Assembly (NCBI GenBank): GCA_934501435.1
Contig: CAKSTW010000003.1
Span: 67,842-131,841 of the forward strand
Direction of reading: 5' to 3'
DNA length: 64,000 nt
DNA from: an uncultured Eubacteriales bacterium
Lineage (GTDB): Bacteria; Bacillota; Clostridia; Oscillospirales; UBA644
Position 1 is the stretch's first letter. Each line of letters starts with the position of its first letter. Both the position numbers and the translations under genes were made by a program. The notes beneath the pieces were generated by a model. That model saw only the letters and a list, made by a program, of their open reading frames with translations, was not told the origin of the DNA and searched no databases. Shown in pieces: positions 61,280 to 64,000 of the stretch.

Positions 61280-61402
61280 TCGTGTGAAAATACGGTAACT
61301 TATAAAATTCTATGTGATTTTACAAAAAATCACAATTCTGTTTACTCCGAATCGGAGATTTTCGGATACCGAATCGGCTTTTTCGCCTTTTTACAGCTCG
61401 GA

Positions 61403-63881
<2,479 letters not shown>

Positions 63882-63907
63882 CTGAAAGTCTCCTGTCTGA
63901 AAAATAT

Positions 63908-64000
63908 TTATTGCAAAGTTTTTAATACTTCGATTGCCTTTTTGAGTTGCGCGTCGGTCGTTTCGTCGGCGGAATAGATATTCACGTCCGTTTCGACATT
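63908..64000 (-). CDS. 3' end of an unidentified gene (5' part outside the window)
   Basis: Open minus-strand frame ending ...NVETDVNIYSADETTDAQLKKAIEVLKTLQ*. Only 26 nt separate its stop from the greA start. Confidence 0.35.
   Translation of the reverse strand, partial: NVETDVNIYSADETTDAQLKKAIEVLKTLQ

Noticed and set aside
34770-61400. Prophage or integrative conjugative element interpretation of the island.
   Set aside because: No integrase, terminase, capsid or tail genes, relaxase or T4SS genes, or att-like direct repeats are visible in the window. The SNF2/MoxR/vWA block may nevertheless derive from a mobile element.

Overview
The window looks like a spore-forming Firmicutes (Clostridia-like) chromosome. 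Supporting genes are a GerA-type germination operon, a BofA-like gene, T-box and glycine riboswitches, RNase J and TagD/LicD. Most genes lie on the minus strand. No database or covariance-model search was possible, so every family call rests on motifs I recognise in the translations or RNA sequence.

Core regions are about 1-11.9 kb, 15-34.7 kb and 61.3-64 kb.
- Two paralogous HTH-cupin-acyl-CoA-synthetase genes each sit behind their own T-box leader, with apparent Ile and Val specifiers.
- Also present: NfnAB-like oxidoreductase, a tandem glycine riboswitch with an AGCS symporter, an ABC exporter, nagA, and a tight thrC-thrB-gltX-glnS block.
- Further core genes: gerA-type operon, murD, RNase J, a teichoic-acid/LicD-type cell-envelope cluster, lysS and greA.

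Two AT-richer accessory insertions stand out.
- (i) About 11.9-14.9 kb: an XRE regulator divergent from a very acidic protein plus a GmrSD-like (DUF262/DUF1524) type IV restriction enzyme.
- (ii) About 34.8-61.3 kb: a roughly 26 kb island with no visible integrase, dominated by nucleic-acid repair and conflict functions. Its parts are listed below.
  - An RtcB / metallophosphoesterase / CPR-domain RNA-repair cassette.
  - A structured GC-rich RNA candidate.
  - HNH and DUF2779 (Cas4-like plus exonuclease) genes.
  - A retron: promoter, msr-msd with a1/a2 repeats, and an RT carrying NAxxH, YCDD and VTG motifs. Its downstream genes are a divergent AAG/Mpg-fold glycosylase translationally coupled to an agmatine-deiminase/PAD (pentein) family enzyme. 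I do not recognise this partner set from described retron types.
  - An upstream cassette of unknowns led by a SpoVK/CbbX-type AAA+ ATPase.
  - A WYL regulator.
  - An accessory NAD-dependent DNA ligase.
  - A SNF2 helicase / MoxR AAA+ / HExxH-vWA operon.

A palindromic operator-like motif (consensus AATGCACC-N6-GGTGCATT) recurs at the heads of at least five transcription units across 38-61 kb. This suggests one co-regulated island, with the retron apparently outside that regulon. The retron-glycosylase-pentein locus and the shared-operator island are the strongest candidates for a previously undescribed system.
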